Made by a program: the position numbers and the translations under genes
Assembly (NCBI RefSeq): GCF_000143415.4
Contig: NW_003314325.1
Span: 460,567-524,566, forward strand
DNA length: 64,000 nucleotides
Reading direction: 5' to 3'
Source of the DNA: Selaginella moellendorffii
Lineage: Eukaryota > Plantae > Lycopodiophyta
Shown: in pieces, positions 61,173-64,000 of the stretch
Layout of the letters: every line of letters begins with the position of its first letter
How positions within the stretch are numbered: the first letter of the stretch is position 1
The notes under the pieces: model-generated
Seen by the model: only the letters and a program-made list of their open reading frames with translations
Databases searched by the model: none
What the model was told of the DNA's origin: nothing

Positions 61173-62020
61173 TTAATGAACGCCGTTAGGGTACCGTTGT
61201 CTGTAGTCGGGGTGCTTGAAGACGTGGCAAGCTTCCAACTTGTTTATTGCGCGTGTGTAATCGTAAAAGTTGGCGTCCTTGATCACACACATCCCAAAAA
61301 GAGGGATTTCCTGGGCACCAATCTCTGGAGAAAGACACAACAACCTTCGCCCAGGACAGACAACCACGTACAGGCTGTCAAACCGAGTCCCAACTCGGCG
61401 TGTATGCTGCTCAAGAGCCCTAATGACATGAAGCTGAGGAGCACCCACATGGCTCTCTATGAGAGTCTTGAATTCAGTCATTACAGCTTCTTTGTATGAG
61501 AGTCTTGAATTGAGTCACTATAGCTTCTTTGTAGACTTGATCCTTGTGTTCAAGATTTCATGCATCTTTGGCCACTTAATATATAATTTCAATCTCTTGA
61601 ACTTTAACATTATAAATAGCCTTGTATTAATCTTGTGAACAACCCCAATACATAATACATGGGTGTAGGAGGGTAAGGGTCTTTTTTAGGTCGGAGGTGT
61701 GGTTAAGTGACTAAAGTAGAATGGAAAAATTAGTCACTTATATAAACCATCACTCATAGGAAGCAGAGGTAAAAGATGAGCAGCGAGAAGTGAAACAGGC
61801 GACGTTTCATAACATTGTGTCAAACAAAGAGCATTGTCAAGGGTGGCTACTCTGGAGTTACATGAAAACCATATCTTTGCAAATTAGGAGGGACTTGGGA
61901 AGAACTCCCACAAATCAGAAATGCTGGGTACTAGAATGCCATACCATGTGCTCCAATGCACTCGCATTTTGCTTGGCAGCATTTGGCATCTGCAACGGCA
62001 GAAGAACATCATAATCCCAT
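61173..62020 (-). pseudogene. Divergent, disrupted paralogue of the 238-aa ORF
   Basis: KQNA..EHMVWHSSTQHF* and FKTLIESHVGAPQLHV...TRFDSLYVVV..LCL.PE..QEIPLFG.C...HPDY...YPNG. TATA ctatatatag at ~62068. Confidence 0.75.
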
Positions 62021-62129
62021 CAGAGAGAGCCGGAGGCTAGGGCGCTAGGGCGAGAGGATATAAAGCCCTATATATAGCCTTGTATTGGGCTTCCGTGAGT
62101 ACATAGCCTGGGTACGTAGCCGAGCGTTT

Positions 62130-64000
62130 CAAGCGCAAAGAAAATGAGCTCTTGAGGCAGTCGACAAAACCTGTAGCTCCCCCCGCTCAAGGCCCGAAAA
62201 GTCCCACGGAAGCTTTGCACAGCTCGTCCATCTACTGCGCTGTGAGCAAGGCCGCGAAGTCGACAACGGGAACACCTCCTGGCAGCCTTCGCAAGTCCAT
62301 CCCTGTTCCTGACGCTCGATCCAAGCTGGTTGGCAATGCTGTCGCGGCAAAAGCTGTGGCCTCGAGCCACTTCGGGCATAAACACACCGAACAATCCTTT
62401 TGCTGCGTCTATTGCCACTGCTACTGCTGGATTGCTTCCTTCTTCCAGACGCTGACGATCTGTGCTTTGCTTGCTCCAAGCACTCATCCCCGTGCACGCC
62501 ACCGGTGGTTCATGCTCACTGCAGCTCCCACTGATTTTTCCAGCCCGGCTAAGTCGACCCCGTATTTTCCCAAACAGAGCTCTCATCATCCCAAGAGGAG
62601 CTCCCGTCGCCTCGCAGTGAGATCTTCTGGTTGCATCTAACCATGGCCGGTTTCCTCTTCAATCTTCTTTGCCAGGCGAAGCCCCTCTCTCGTCTTCATT
62701 GCAGCTTTATCCAGCAGGCCCTTCGAGAGGAGAGTCTTCCACCAGTTGTTCTGCCTTGCACCGAGCCACACCTTTCTCGTACGCCTTCGGAGATACCTTC
62801 ACACAGTGGTTTCCGAGTGGAAAACGGAAATTGAATAAGAGTAGCATACCTTCAAAGTCGCACCTAGTGTGTTATCCGCCTTGAGCTGCTCCATTCCCTT
62901 GGCAGAGTAAAGTGTAGACGGGAAGAGAAACTCCGCTTTGCATGTAACTTTCTGCCACGCCTCCCCCACGCCTCAGACATCCAGAGTCGTCCCTTCAAGG
63001 CTAGCAAGAGCATTGCAGCGTCGTGAGCATTCACGTTGAACCTGAACCAAGCTTTGGCCGACAAACCTCTCAATCACCTCGACCTCAAACCTGTCTGCTG
63101 GAACATACTCCCGGTGCTTGGTCTCCAAGACCCGCTGGTACTCACTTATAACCCGCATCTTTCTCATGAATCACGATAAGCTTCGTCATCTTCTTCCCAC
63201 TCAAAGCTTCCAAGTCTTGCATAGTCGGAGATAACACACCGGGCTGTGAGCGCTGGCTGACTTCACACGTGACGTATGAGCCGCAGATCACTTTCCTGTG
63301 CATGAAAGTATCACGGCATCGATGCAGCAAACGCGCCGGCTTTGAAAGTGTCGAGTTTCACCGCAAGTTGGGGAGAAGCTGTGCGTCGAAAGGCGACCAA
63401 ACCCCACTTTGTCTGAGGTGACGCTCCAAAATCTGGAGATGCCTTCACCTCACTCATCAAACACTATCTCTTTCACCATCCAGACACGATCAGAGTCACG
63501 GGCGTTCGGAATCTCAGCTGCTTCTCGATGCACTCGTTCTGAAGCCAGCACTTCTGTCTCGCCACTGTTGCCATACGTGCAGCTCGTTCATGCAGCTCTC
63601 GATCCTGGACCTTGTTTGGCTGACACCTTTGGCCTCGAGCTGCTTTTGTAGCAAAGCTAGTCCGCTCTGTTCTTTGCCGCGAACTCTAGCCATGAGAGTG
63701 TTCCCCAAGTTCGATATGACCGCTCTGTGACTCCAAATCATACCCGTAACGATCGGCCACCCATTCGGGATCCACGACGGTCACGCAGCTCAAAAACTCC
63801 CTCGACGAGCAGAAAAATACCAGCCCCAGTGGACAGTCTCCGGATGAATGTGAGCCTCTCGACCCAGTCGTATCCGATTCGCCCGTTGCCAGAAAACTGC
63901 CAGCTTCTCCATAAAAGCCGACGTGACGATCTTCCTGATTGTCTCGTCCTTCAGGTCTCTTATCTGTTCCTGGAAGCTCCTCAGTGACTTTGTGTTGATG
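62130..64000 (-). pseudogene. DEAH11/12-like RBR-helicase 3' remnant (copy F: OB-fold region to RING1/IBR start)
   Basis: IRKIVTSAFMEKLAVF..HIHP..FLSCVTVVDPEW (OB_NTP_bind-like), KDCSVCLCP..GHSFCRD..QL..SVRNRDG..C.GC (RING1) and MDELCKASVG..SGGSYRFC (IBR start). Confidence 0.8.

Overview
Eukaryotic, plant-like genomic DNA with dense genes and very short (~50-60 nt) introns, most consistent with a compact-genome lycophyte such as Selaginella (inference). There are three N gaps (2669-2783, 18294-18660, 23691-23790). Recognisable single-copy genes are mitochondrial lipoyl synthase (LIP1), an AHK5/CKI2-like cytoplasmic hybrid histidine kinase, ATG101 head-to-head with the RING-kinase-ankyrin E3 ligase KEG, a SAC8-like phosphoinositide phosphatase containing a 59-nt AT-AC (U12) intron, and an intronless PAO5-like polyamine oxidase. 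An intronless histone-H1-derived, arginine-rich protamine-like gene lies at 9235-9666. Much of the remaining sequence is a locally amplified composite module: AT-rich spacer, a 4-exon gene with a variable-number N-terminal repeat and two CCHC zinc knuckles (6 copies), a decaying intron-containing DEAH11/12-type RBR-helicase (6 remnants), and an unknown 238-aa ORF (1 intact, 3 degraded). Two modules form a ~12.5-kb tail-to-tail palindrome centred near 22.4 kb. Degenerate Ty3/Gypsy and Copia remnants and a MITE-like insertion are also present. All family calls come from reading motifs by eye; no database search was run.
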